Part shown: in pieces, positions 50,758 through 63,367 of the stretch | How positions within the stretch are numbered: position 1 is the first letter of the stretch | Layout of the letters: every line of letters begins with the position of its first letter | Source of the DNA: Xylographa opegraphella | Lineage: Eukaryota | NCBI GenBank assembly: GCA_022813865.1 | Contig: JALDZX010000013.1 | Coordinates: 1-64,000 of the forward strand | DNA: 64,000 bases | Direction of reading: 5' to 3' | Position numbers and translations under genes: made by a program | Notes under the pieces: model-generated | Seen by the model: the letters and a program-made list of their open reading frames with translations, nothing else | What the model was told of the DNA's origin: nothing | Databases searched by the model: none

Positions 50758-53700
50758 ATGGCAGAAATCCTTGGACTGGTTTGCTCTATATCATCGATAC
50801 TGGAAGCAGTGCGTAATGCTGTCGAGTACGATCTCTACCCATATTCGGCCATTAATTGCTGACGTTTTTCTCAGCATCGTTTGGGTGCATTCCACGCATG
50901 GGAAGGATTCGACAGCCCAAGAAGAACTGTATAGCAAGCTTTTCCCCGAAGGACAACGGTCTCCACATGTACTTACCTACGGATATGATCATTCACTCTG
51001 GAAAACAAAATCCGGAACTGGTTATGAGGATGTTGCAAGAGAGCTTCTGTTAGAACTGGAAAGGGCGAACTTTAAGGTGAAGCTGAAAGAGATATCGGTT
51101 TTACTTATCACGGACGACTGATGGAAATAAGTTAGCGCGACCACTCATATTTCTTTGTCATAGTCTAGGGGGGATCATCGCCAAGAAGGTACGATGGGAA
51201 CGCTATCCAGTTGGCTTAACTAATCTTTCGGAGGCTCTTCTATTGGCTACAGATGATCAGAGAACTACGTTACGTTGGAGAACCCGCGGATTTGTGAGCC
51301 AGCCGTTGGGAATTTTCCACTCAATGGCAGTTATTGACTAAACAATGCGGGTAGATATTTTTAGGGCCTCAACATGAGAATTTCTCTGAGATCTTATTAG
51401 AGAAGTCTTCGGACGTAGCGAATACGTGGACAAACAAGCAGCTGTCGAACTTCGTGTCTAGCTGCAAAACAGTCTCAACGATCTTCGAGCGAGAATGTTC
51501 TCGATACGAAATAGCTTGCTTCTCCTACGATGGCATGCCAGATAACAGAAACCGCAAGGTAAGAAAGAACATAACGACCACTCCTTGTTAGCATGCCGTC
51601 ATTTATACTTTATTAGGTATCTCGTCAAAAGTGCGTCTGGTCGTCATTATCAGGAACCCACATGATTGGCAAAAATCAAAGCCACTACACGCTTCCGGAA
51701 ACAAGCTCGTCGGAGTTCTTTCGAGATCAGACACAGAACTTTATCGACAGAGTCACGGGGAGTCAGTCCGGCTAGGAAATGTTGTGCACAGAAGACATGT
51801 TCTGACTGGCATTATAGGATTCTTGAAGGGCCAAGAAGCTTCCATGACATGCTTCAAGAGGCAAGAAGAGGTTGTGCAAAAATATGCAAGTCAGCGCATG
51901 CCAGGAACCTCCAATTGGATCTTCGACCACCCAAGCTATCAAGCATGGCTTGATCCATATGGAGCCTCGTGTCTGTGGATTATTGGCGCTGCAGGAGCTG
52001 GCAAATCAACGCTATGTACGGCAATCCTGGACAATCTAAAGCATCACCAGCAACTTCAACCAAGCACGTATATTAGCTGTTTCTCCAACACAGACAATGT
52101 GGCTACCGATTCGGCAAAGGACGTTTTACGAATTCTGATATATCAGCTTATAGAATACTATAAGCCGACAACCAACGTGTCTATGCTCTTGTCTCTGCTT
52201 GATAACCTGGAGCGCCACGTCCAAAAGGTTCCTCAGGCAAGCTTCAAGCATTATTTAAGCAAGATGTTCAATGCCTTGAGTGAGAAGCGGAATATAATAT
52301 TTGTATTCGACGACTTCGACATTAACGAATGGATCAAGCCCACCTTAATCGATGTGATTATAAAAGCAAATCACCATAGAAGCGAGGCGGGCTGCTTGAA
52401 GTGTCTGTTCGCAAGTCGTTCATCCTTTATTAGTACAGAGAGCTCCAATCATCTTGCGTTCATTGATATGAGTAACGAGCCCGGTGTTTATTCTGACATG
52501 TTTCATTATGCAGTCAAGAATGTCATGGTGCTTCCTTCTATCTCCTTTGAACACTCACATGTTTTAGAAGTAAGCCACCGGTTATGCCACCGGGCGGCCG
52601 GGATATTTTTGTGGGTGGTCCTTGCGCTCGAGGATTTGCAAGGTAGCTGCGAGCCGTTGGAGACAGTAGAGAATATTCCCCATGGTATAGCAGGTATTTA
52701 TGAGAGAAGGTTGGCATCGATCGCATCAGAAGACTGGCCCGTTGCACAAAAGATACTCTCATGGCTGGCAGTGGCATATAGGTCGTTGAGTCTTTCAGAG
52801 CTCTCTGAGGCTCTGGTGATTGAGAATCAGAATATTGCGAGCCTTTCACCACAAGCTTCAGATCATCCCAAGAATGAACAACAGTTCTCTGAGACCGAGA
52901 TATATCGAATATGTGGCTCACTGGTCAGAGTGACAGGTGAGGATATCGTGACATTCAGACATTCCAGTGTTCGAAGATATCTCGTCTCTGGAACTGGAAC
53001 GCTTTCGTCAAAGTATGGTGCACAAAATCCACATGAACTAGTAGCGAAGGCTTGCTTGGTACTAATGGGATCTGTTGACGAGGAGAGCTTCAGTTTACTC
53101 AGTCAAGATCCCTCTCATATGATATCAAATATTCCGCAACCAGCTGCTGGTCTTATCAAATATGTTGCTACTTATTGGGCTCCTCATGTCCGTCTGGTGG
53201 AACGCAAAAGCAGATCTGTGAATACTATGCTGCAATACCTCTTCGAGAGAACGCTTAAAAGGTCATATCAAAGGTGTTCAATACCCGAACGTTCGTGGCG
53301 AACACAAATCATGAAAACCGGCCTTCTTCAACTCTTTGCTTACCACGGATTCACCGCTCTCACGCAGATGTACCTTGAATCGGGTGTCGATCCAAACAAT
53401 ATACCATGTACGTCCTGTGATACACCACTACATATTGCAGTTGCCAAAGGCAACACGGAATGTGTTGCTCTTCTGCTCAAGAGTGGAGCATGTATTAATG
53501 AAAGCACGAATCATACTGGAGGAAATTTACTTCATGTAGCTTGTTCAATTGGGTCATTAAGTATAGCAAAAATGATCCTCCGCTCTGACCCCAACACATG
53601 TCATACCACGGATCTGTTTGGATATACACCATTACATTTCGCAGTTGCTTGCGGTAATGTTGAGCTTTTGAATTTGCTACTCGATTATGGGGCCGATTAC

Positions 53701-54480
53701 AACGCCACGACGACAGCAACGTATGAAACACCGCTACATCTTGCAGCAGGTCACGGTCATCATCAAGCGGTGATAGCTCTAGTTGACGGCCGCAACGCGT
53801 TCTCTCCTGCGGTGGATGTGTATGACTCCATCACACAGCAGACATATTTTAAAACATGGTCGGAAGATCTCGTGCAAGACAACGGAGAGAACGGGCCGTT
53901 CGTGTGGGATTCCGATGCGAGACATCTAGCGGATACAGATATAAAATCGCTACTCTCAGCCACGACGCAATACGCCGACCCCAGCAAACGCAACTACGAA
54001 GGCAGAACCGCGCTCCAGGAGGCAGCGCTATGCGGGCATGAGACAGTGGTACAAGTCCTCCTGGGCGGCGATGAAGAGTTCACGGGAGGTCGGAAAGATC
54101 AGGTCTACGCCCTTCAATTGGCAGCCGAGCACGGTCATCTTTCCGTTGTTGAATTACTGCTCAAGCGAGGAGTTTACGCATATTCGGGCAGCAGGGAATG
54201 GGGTGCGTTGATTGAAAAAGCGGCAAACAATGGCCACCAAGCGGTTGCGAATCTGCTCATGTGGCAGGCTTTTGGCTCGGAAATCGGAGGTTCCGCATTC
54301 AAATGGCCGACGGTGTCTCTCGCCACAAGAAGCAGGCGGGTTCCGGTCCAAGAGATCTTGCATAGGAAGCGGATGCAGAGGGGAATGAGGAATTCAACAG
54401 TGAAAAGAAGCGGCTCCGGTGCTGGCACTGGTGGGAGACAGCCATCTTACAGGCTTCCATTTCGATCCCGCAATAGCTGA
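50758..54480 (+). CDS. Fungal NLR-like STAND protein: alpha/beta-hydrolase (SesB-like) - NACHT - ankyrin repeats
   Basis: Spliced N-terminus MAEILGLVCSISSILEAVRNAVD|IVWVH..VLTYGYD..RPLIFLCHSLGGIIAKK|ALL..|IFLG; NACHT PGTSNWIF, LWIIGAAGAGKST, IIFVFDDFD, GIFLWV, FRHSSVRRYL; ANK TPLHIAV, TPLHFAV, TPLHLAA, TALQEAA. Confidence 0.86.
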
Positions 54481-55282
54481 CGTTGACATTGATGTGGACA
54501 CTCTGCTTCGAACTTTGCTACGTTATGTTACTGTTCGGCTTCCGATCTCGAAATACGTTCTCACATTTTGCTCCGTTTTGTTTGTGCATGGTGTTATCCG
54601 TCTATTATGTAAAATATGTCGCTGTTTCAACTCTCACTCGGGCAAATAACGCCATATCATACTTCATGATCCAGATATCCCACATATAATAGGTAGCCAA
54701 TTATTCAGACAGGAATTGCAATAATTACGTATGGATAACAGGCTACATGCTGATTACTTGACATGGATACGATACAACGCCCATGATCGCCCGGATGAGT
54801 CAATCTTATCGCTTGTAGAATGAGGAGAAAGATGCTGGGAAGATTACGTGAATGGTAACCTCGCACAGCTATGCGGGAACCAGGTAGCATCAGAAGATAC
54901 GTGATTCAGTTGACCCTCTGATCTGTTCAAGATGTCCCTAGAGTTCCGTGACAAGGCGCTCTGCCAAGTGATATATTTCCCAGCCTACCTAGTATGCAGA
55001 CCCGAGTATAGCTAAGTACCTTAAGGCAGTTATCAGCAAAAGGTGCTCTAGGCGCAAATTCCTTGGCTTGGCAGAATGTGAGTTCGAACCCTCACCGCCT
55101 TCACGGGGTCGCTTTTGAGCCTCACTACGTCATCCTTTGTCTTCGCCAAATAACGTCTATACGAGCTGCTCGGGACATTGTCTAAGGCGCGACGGGAGTT
55201 CGATACATCGGGAAGCAGTATCACTAAGCTGCTTGAGCCCTATCCTCGACGACTCAACCTCCGTCCAGCTCCCAGTCATCCA

Positions 55283-56229
55283 ATGCCCCTCCGCATCGCC
55301 ATCCTCGAATGCGACACCCCCCTCACCAACACCCGCTCCAGATACGGCGGCTACGGCGGCGTCTTCGCTGCCCTCCTCAATGCCGGTGCGCGAAGCCTAG
55401 ATCTCGACAAGAGCGAGCTCCATATCTCGACGTGGGATGTCGTGGAAAGGCAGGAGTACCCGTCGCTGGATGACGTGGACGCCGTGCTCATAACGGGGAG
55501 CAGTGAGTAGGCTGCCCTCCCCAGTTCACGACTTCGACCCTCCAAGACAGAGCGGTGGCGTGTGAGGACCAATTGGGGCATGCGGCTAATCCTCGCGGAA
55601 AAGGGTATGATTCGTTCGCCGACATCCCGTGGGTCAACCGCCTCGTCGAGGTCACGCGGCAGATTCTCGCGCAGGATCGTGTGCGGATTATCGGCGTCTG
55701 TTTCGGGCATCAGATTGTGGGGCGGGCGATGGGCGTCAAGGTGGGACGCAGCAATAGGGGTTGGGAAGCCAGCGTGTGCGAGGTAGAGCTGACGGCGAAG
55801 GGGAAGGAGCTTTTTGGGAAGGATACATTGGTACGCTCACGTTCACCTCGGCGTTTGATCTGAGCTCCTTTACACCCAACCCTGCTCGGTCGATGGAAAA
55901 GTGGAAATGTAATCTGCTAATGCTCGCCTTGCAAGAGTATCAACCAAATGCACAAAGACATTGTCTTCACCTATCCGCTGGAAGTGGAGGCGCTGGGCTC
56001 GTCGCCCAGGTGTGAGGTACAGGGTATGCTGATTCCGAAGAGAGTGATCACCGTTCAGGGACACCCGGAGTTCAATGCCGAGATTGTGACCGAGTTGCTG
56101 GAGGCGAGGCACAAGCAGGGGATCTTCGATGACGAGATATACGAGGACGCCATGCGCCGTGTGGGGAAAGCGCAGGATGGCGTGCTGGTATCGGGGGTGT
56201 TTTTGAAGTTTCTGCTAGACCGGCTGTGA
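55283..56229 (+). CDS. Class I glutamine amidotransferase-like protein (3 exons)
   Basis: MPLRIAILECD, AVLITGS, IGVCFGHQI (catalytic Cys), VQGHPEF (His-x-Glu). Confidence 0.88.
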
Positions 56230-56367
56230 AGGATTGCGGATGGGACTGTTTGGTTGATAGAAGCAGTCGAAATGGCGAGATGAACGTCTGCGTGGAGTTC
56301 TAGATTTCCAATGAAGGTATAGACGATAGAGTTTACAGGAACGGATGGGGTTTCATAGATTTATTTC

Positions 56368-57737
56368 CTATCTTGCACGCACCATCGCGGCAATAATGCT
56401 CACTATAGCGATACCGGCAAAGGTGCCTTCGATGGCAGCCGTGGTCAGGTCTATTCTTCTCACGGTGACTTGCCGTTCGCTGAAGAGATCCTCGGCCATC
56501 TCTTTGTAACGGCGCACAGCAGCGGTGAAGACATTAAGCGTCGCCGTTTCCCTTGGATCAGCGAGCGTACCCTCTGGCACCGCATTGATCGCCGTATTGG
56601 TCTCAGCGGAGACCACCTCCTCTACCGCTTCAACGGTCTCGGGCTTCACAACCGACGGCTCCGACACTCGATTGCTAAAAAGCCCCAGCGTCGAAGCCGA
56701 ATGCGTATCCTGCAGTGCTTTCAAAGCCGCTCCCGTCGCCTCGTTCGTCGCCTTGCCTTCCCTCTCCAACGCCTCGATCACCTTCTCCTCAAAGCCCTTC
56801 ACCAGCCTCCTCCTCCTCCACGGCTCGATCGCCACCTGAAACACCATGAAGAGCAGCACGTTCACGCCCATCAAGCCCCACGTTCCCCACGTGCTCATTC
56901 GGCGGATCTTGTCGCTCCATATCTGCTCCTCGTGGTATCTTGCCAGAATGGTGGCGCTGAGTCTTGACGACGCTTCTTCCGCCTGACGCTCCGCGATGGC
57001 GACTACCTCCTGGGCACTGTTTTCCGCGACTTCGTTGGCGTGGTCGGAGCGGTAGAGGGTGGTGAAGCGTTCGAGGTCGGAGGGCGACCAAGCGTGTTTG
57101 CGCTGTAAGAGCTCGTTGACTTCGCGTTGGGAGGCGGAGCGGAGGGCGATGGCGGTGGTGTAATCGGCTTTGGCTTGTTGGACTGAGGCGCGGGTGGTAC
57201 GAACGAGCTCCTCTAGATGTGGCATTAGTATTTGGTGACGGTGCACATGAGGGATATTTGACCTTGGGCTTCGATTTCTTTCTTCAGAGCTTCGATGCCA
57301 GAGTAACCAGTCAGATCGTTCAGGCGTTGGCCTGCGATGAATATGTTGGACTGTAAGTTATCCATGACATTGGAAAATCGCTTTGCAACTTGAGATCGGC
57401 GGCTCTCTTCTTGGGATGGCAGAACCGTTCTTGGGTTGGTGGGCTCATTCTTGGATTGGTCGGTTGCGGGCCTTGTCGAAGCTGTCGACGAAGCATCCCG
57501 ACTTCGTGATCTCAAGGACTTAACGAGCTGATGCTTTGAAGCAGGGGTTTTGGGCAATGCTTGAGTAACACGCCCTCTCCACGAAAGGAACCCAGTGCTA
57601 GATATCCTCCGACATTGCCGGCACTTCCACGCATTGCCCGCTCCTCGAGGGAACAATCGCTCCGGCGGTCCTCCTGATGCGATGGCGAAAACATTGCGGA
57701 CGACGCTTTTCGAAACATGCGGCAGCAGCGGTTTCAT
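56368..57737 (-). CDS. SHE9: Mitochondrial inner-membrane protein She9/Mdm33 (2 exons)
   Basis: [85 protein letters not shown]. Confidence 0.93.
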
Positions 57738-58012
57738 TGCTTTTGCAACTCAATGGAAGCTCCGATGTGGAACGCGTGAGGTGCAAGACTAGCAAAGCGG
57801 CATTTTCGTCGATCATTTCTCAGCCGCCGATGTCATCCCGCCTCCTGCGCTTCCGCGACGTTGAGTTTTTTATTTCTATTTTCGTTGTTTTTATTGATTG
57901 TGGTGAGATTCTCGGTCGACCACCAGTGCTACTTTCCATTATCTACGCAAGAACAAGTACTCGACTCCCTAACCTTCCACTACCAACAACTATCCCTCTC
58001 CTCCCCTCCACC

Positions 58013-59109
58013 ATGCCCTTCCCTGACGCCCTAAAAGGGAATCCTAAATGCATCTTCTTCACCGACTTCGACGGCACCATCACCCTGCAAGACAGTAGGT
58101 GCGCCATCGGCGCCGTCACCTACAGACCAGGCTGATACCAGTCCTCCAGGCAATGACTACATAGTACGCAGAAAAAAAGCCCACACCTCCATCTCCACCG
58201 CACTGACCAACCGACCAGACCGACAACCTAGGTTTCGGCGAAGCGCGCCGCAAGCAGCTCAACGCCGACTGCCTCGACGGGCGTTCCACCTTCCGCGACA
58301 TCTTCACCGAGATGCTCGCCAGCATCTCCACGCCCCTTCCCGCCTGCATCGACACCCTCCTCGCCCACATCACCCTGGACCCGCAGTTCACCACCTTCTT
58401 CCAGTGGGCCACCGCGCACGGCATCCCCGTATGCCGCACTCCTCCACTCCCACTACCCGCTGTTGGCTGAAATTTCTTCCGAACAGGTCATCGTTCTCTC
58501 CTCCGGCATGCGTCCCATCATCCGCGCCCTGCTCTCCAAACTCGTCGGCGACGAAGCCTCCACCATCGAGATCATCTGCAACGAAGCCGTACCCCGCCCC
58601 GGGAAAACCGTCGACCAGCCCGACGGCTGGACGATCCAGTTCCACGATGACAGCGGCTTCGGCCACGACAAGTCCCTGGCCATCCGACCATATCGCGAAG
58701 CGGTCCAGAAAATGGGCGCCGATAGGCCGGTGCTGCTGTACGCAGGAGACGGCGTTAGTGACTTGAGCGCCGCTCGGGAGACGGATCTGCTGTTCGCGAA
58801 GCGGGGGAGGGGTGAGTGGCTGGCCTCCCTTAACTCTTTATCGAAGTAAGGGAATGTGCTAATGAGGTCGGCCGTAGACCTAGTAACATACTGCGAGAGA
58901 GAGGGGGTCCCGTTCACGGTGTTTGGGGACTGGGGCGAGATTCTGGAAACGACGAAGAAGATATAGTGAGTCCCCCTTTTCCAGTAAGGAGGCCCCGGCT
59001 AATGGGTGGTAGTGAGGGGAAGACGAGCGTGAGCGAAGTGGCCAAAGAGGGGGCGGAGGAGGTGAAGGAAGAGGGTGCGGCTGCGGCGCAAAATGGGACG
59101 ACGAAGTGA
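58013..59109 (+). CDS. HAD-superfamily phosphatase (MtnX / phosphoserine-phosphatase-like), multi-exon
   Basis: FFTDFDGTITLQDS (DxDGT), VLSSGM, FGHDKS, YAGDGVSDLSAA. Confidence 0.88.
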
Positions 59110-59764
59110 GAGGACTGAGCCAGCCGAGAAACGATGCTGACGAAGATGACGCGACGTTTATGGGACAGCATAGAGTGCATGATAGACCATAGATGAGTGC
59201 TGGTTTTCGCATCGAAGGATTGGGCATAGAGGCATCGATACATCTAGAACTAGAGTAGCGTCGGCCGTTCTAGATGGCTCTCTCAGCCTTCGGCCGCTGG
59301 AACACAAACCGAACGTCTGCATTAGCATTACAATCACGTCAGCGCATATCAGCAGAAAGAACTTTTCCACACCCTTGAAGTGGCCTTCATCATAAAGCAC
59401 AAGCCTCGCATCGAAGCCTCTGATGTGCGAAGCCGGTAAAACATCAAACATATCCTCGGCACTATTATTATGGCTCAATTGCCCATGTCTATCGTGAAGA
59501 GTCGCCATTACAAAGCCCGACGTTGCCAAACGTACATCCAGAGGTATCAAATCATGCCATCGTGCCATATCTCCGTAGTCTCGCCTCATTAGATCCATGT
59601 AGATGTTGCGTTAGTTAGAGAATGCTCGAGCAGAGCGGTATGTAGACAACCGATGGAGGTTGAGCCGAAAGCGCTGCCGTGAAGGAAGGTGGTGCTGTGA
59701 AGCGTAGGGGGAGGAAGGCGGTACGGAGTGCCGAAACGATTCATGGTCGGAAAAACTGTGCTGC

Positions 59765-62198
59765 TCAGTCGACCAGGCGGTAGAAGTAATGGGCGTCGTT
59801 ATGTGCTTGGTTCGGCGCCACGTAGAAGTTCTGGTAAGGGTGTTTCGGAGCGTTGAAGTCGGCAGCTTGCATCAGCGGATTGACGATGCCTTTCGGAGGC
59901 ATTTGAGGCATCGTGATTGGCGGAGCTGGTGGCAGAGAAGTCGATTGTTGATACTGGTAGTCCATGGGTGGCGTGTGCATCATGGTAGGCATTTGTTGCT
60001 GTTGCTGTTGTTGCTGCTGCTGCTGCTGTTGTTGTTGTCGCAGGTAATCATCGGTCCAACCCCATTTCTTCTTCAATTCCGGTTTCAAAAAGTCAATGCG
60101 CCATCCGGTTTCCTTCTTGATTTTCTCAAGAATAGAGATGATCTCGTTCTGTTCGATAGGGTCGACAAGGCACTCCGCTGCGAGTGCTACGCACCGGATC
60201 GCTACACTGGCGACGCCTCTACGCTTGGTCAGTGACGCCCACATGCATGCATCGCGCTTTCTGCTCAAAACTCACCTGTCCTTTACATGAGCGACGATTC
60301 CACATATCATATGGGCATGGTGCATCTGCATTGCACGCATTTCTGGGACTTCGAGAGAGACAGTAGGATGCATTTGCGGTAGCAAGCACATAGCGGTATG
60401 ATAGAATAGCCGAGCTACGATGCAAGTTCGCTTGATCAACCTGTATACATCAGCTAAATACTAACCACCTGGATATTGTGACTGACCAGACTTCCGGAAA
60501 TGCCGATTTCGATGCCGTTTGATAGGATTGCAATATAGCAATGGGTTTCATCGTCCGCGGACTGTTCATCTCCCACGTATCGCACCAGGCCTTGATCCTG
60601 TCCCACTGATCGCATCTATCTTGCAGGCGTTGATTTTGGAGCGCTGGGTTTGCATCCTTGAATCGTGGAATGGATGCCCGGAAGTTTGCTGCTTTTGCTG
60701 TGATGTAAGTCATCTTATATGTCCAGAGCTCCTCTTGTCCTGCTCGGCTATCAGGCATCATGTCCATCTTGACCCCCCAAGTATCGGGATCCCAGGCGAC
60801 CTGCCAATTGAAATGCAAACAGCTGAGAAGCTCCATGCCAACGTTTAACCAGAAGCAAGCGGCACCAATGCCTTCTGACTGCGAGGTCCACCCACATTCC
60901 TTGATCAAAGCACGGGCTCCCGCAATATGGTTCATTCTCTGGAGTGCACGTTCTGACATGATCTCATACACGTTGAGGATGACGGCAGCAGTCGCGCAAA
61001 TGACAGTATCCCGATTTGGGTTCTGAAGGGATTTGAGCAATAGTCTTGTAGCTGTATCATAATAATTCAATGCGTTGTCTTCGCTGAATGCCTGATTAAC
61101 CAGAGTTAAATGCCTGGCCCCACAAGCAAGAAATGCGTTTAGGAGCATTGGCTCGCGTAGTGCGTAGAATGGTAGAATTCGAGAGAACTAAGTCTGTAAG
61201 CACAAACAAGGACAATTGACAGATGGACTACTGACATGCTTATGTGGATCCATACTGTCCATCCACAAGCCTACTTCCTCCACAAATACCTGTAAGTAAA
61301 GTGTTTCGTCTGGAGAGCTCAAATAATCCCGAACATCTTCTTGGGGCTGTAATGTTTGCTCGGAACTCGCGTACGAAGCTTGAGAAGGTGCGTTGAGGCT
61401 TAGACTCGCATATGAGTCGGTGTTCGAATGGTTGTGCTGGTGATGATGATGATGCGCATCTCTTATAGTGTCTCGCATATCCGGAGATGTATTGATGTAA
61501 GCCGCGTTGCTATCTTGAGAATGGTGCTGAATGGGCGGCAATTGTTGATGAGCCATTATAGGCGCGTTGATCATGTCTGCGGAAATACCGTGCTGTTCCT
61601 CATCTTTACCTTGGTCCATGGCCTCCTGCTCTAAGATGCCGTAGCGGCCAGCCCCTCCCTTGTATTCAGACGCTATCTCGCGAGATTCATCTTGAAAGCT
61701 TAAGGTCCATTCGGACGTGGGAGGGATAATTTGGGGGTCCTCGACCTTCGTATCTATGAAGTTGAGTCGAACTCCACGCTTGCATGTACGGCTTGATTTC
61801 CGGCAATTCTGACAGTGAGGTAGTCCTTCGTCGCATTTTAGATGCCGCTCTCGACATGTCAGACATCCGGTCCGGACCCTCTTGGGTTTTGACGCAGAGG
61901 CTGTAGAATTATCGTGGGGCGGCGTCGTCACGTCGTCGTCTGCTGTACCCATTCGAGCGCCGCCCGTTCCTTTCTGAGCTTGAGACGGTTTCGACGTCCT
62001 ATCAACCGCTTTGCTTCGCTTTGTTATGACCGGCTTGGGCCCCGTATTAGAACTACCACTAAGAGAAACGGGCTGCAATTGTTCCCCAAGCAGCGTCACA
62101 TCCGAGTTCATCGAGTGCGAGTACGGCGAGGGAGTCTGATGTGTCTCCAAGAACGTAGCCTCGAAAGGAGGAGATGAATAATAGGGTGGTTGAATCAA
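59765..62198 (-). CDS. Zn(II)2Cys6 transcription factor with fungal-specific TF domain and poly-Q tail; start codon uncertain (ATG at 61952 or further upstream)
   Basis: [62 protein letters not shown]; introns near 61188-61236 and 60430-60490. Confidence 0.88.
59993..60037 (-). repeat. CAA/CAG microsatellite encoding poly-Q
   Basis: Run of 15 Gln codons in the last exon of the transcription factor. Confidence 0.85.
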
Positions 62199-63367
62199 AG
62201 GAGCCAGAATGTCGACTTAGCCTGATGCTGGTATGTGACTCGAAGACAACCAATCAGGAATGTTCGGTCTGGTATTGATTTCTTCACTCCAGAACAACTC
62301 CACTGCCTTCTGGAAGGAACAATTCCGATTGCTTGATGCAGCAGCTTTCCAGCTGGTTCGACCCGGACCAGAACCAGAGCGGTGATTGAGGATGCGACAA
62401 ACTGGGTACAGTTAGACTGGAACGCACTTCGACGTGCATGCTCCCTTACCGGGGATCTCAGCTGAAAGGCTGGCGTCATATGGGGGTGGGCGACAGCAAT
62501 TGGCTGGAGGCCACAACGAGTGACCAGGTTTAAAAGCGCGCCGGGACGTTGTTTGGTTCTTAGAGAGGTGGGGGAAGACGGAGAGGTTCAGGCTAAGTAA
62601 TTGGAGGGAGTGTTTGCCGATAGCGCAGCTCTAATGCACTGTACACGAAAATGAAGGGTCGAGAATTGTTGAAAGTGATCCGGCTACTGAGAAGAAGATC
62701 AAGGAGGATATGTGTGCCTATTTTGAAGAACAAATGTGAGAGATCTGAACGGGTGGAAGCAGGACCGCAAATAGAATTCACGTTTCACATCTGCCGGCGA
62801 CGTCGTAATGCGGCATCACGTGACCGAAGGGGCGCGGCTCGACGAAGTTCCGAAGGCGGGAGATCTGCATTGAATGGACGAAGGAGCACTATGAGACATA
62901 GGCATCTTTCTTGGAGTAAAAGGCCAGGCTCTACTCGGGGGCTGTAGCCACTGACGCAAGGGTTATGGGACGAAATTGACTCCCGATTGTGAAAAGAGGT
63001 AAGCTGGTTTGTTTACAATTCATATTGTTTATTGAGTACCGATATTGCAATGTCTCGGCAATACAACATATTCTAGAAATTGAACATCATGTCTGATATG
63101 CATAGTCAAGTAGGAGATGTATGGAGTATAGCGGGGAGTGTACCTGTCATGGAATTCAATTGTATTGTGCAGTGAACAGTGATATTTTGTCCTTCATTCT
63201 GAGATAAGTTCAACTTCATCAACCGTGCTGCAATATTGCTGTCAATGTCAAAGCCGGCTTCGTCAGGCCAGACATATAGTGAACATCGTGTCACAGCTTA
63301 GCTATCTTCCCTTGCACAGCTGAAAGTTCCAGGAATCTCTGCAACCGCGGTCCGCTATCAAAGCCAC

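Noticed and set aside
7000..55200. Starship or other transposon as carrier of the accessory block
   Set aside because: No captain tyrosine recombinase, transposase, LTR or terminal repeats recognised.
59158..59598. 146-aa minus-strand ORF
   Set aside because: Lies between convergent 3' ends and has no motif; probably UTR.
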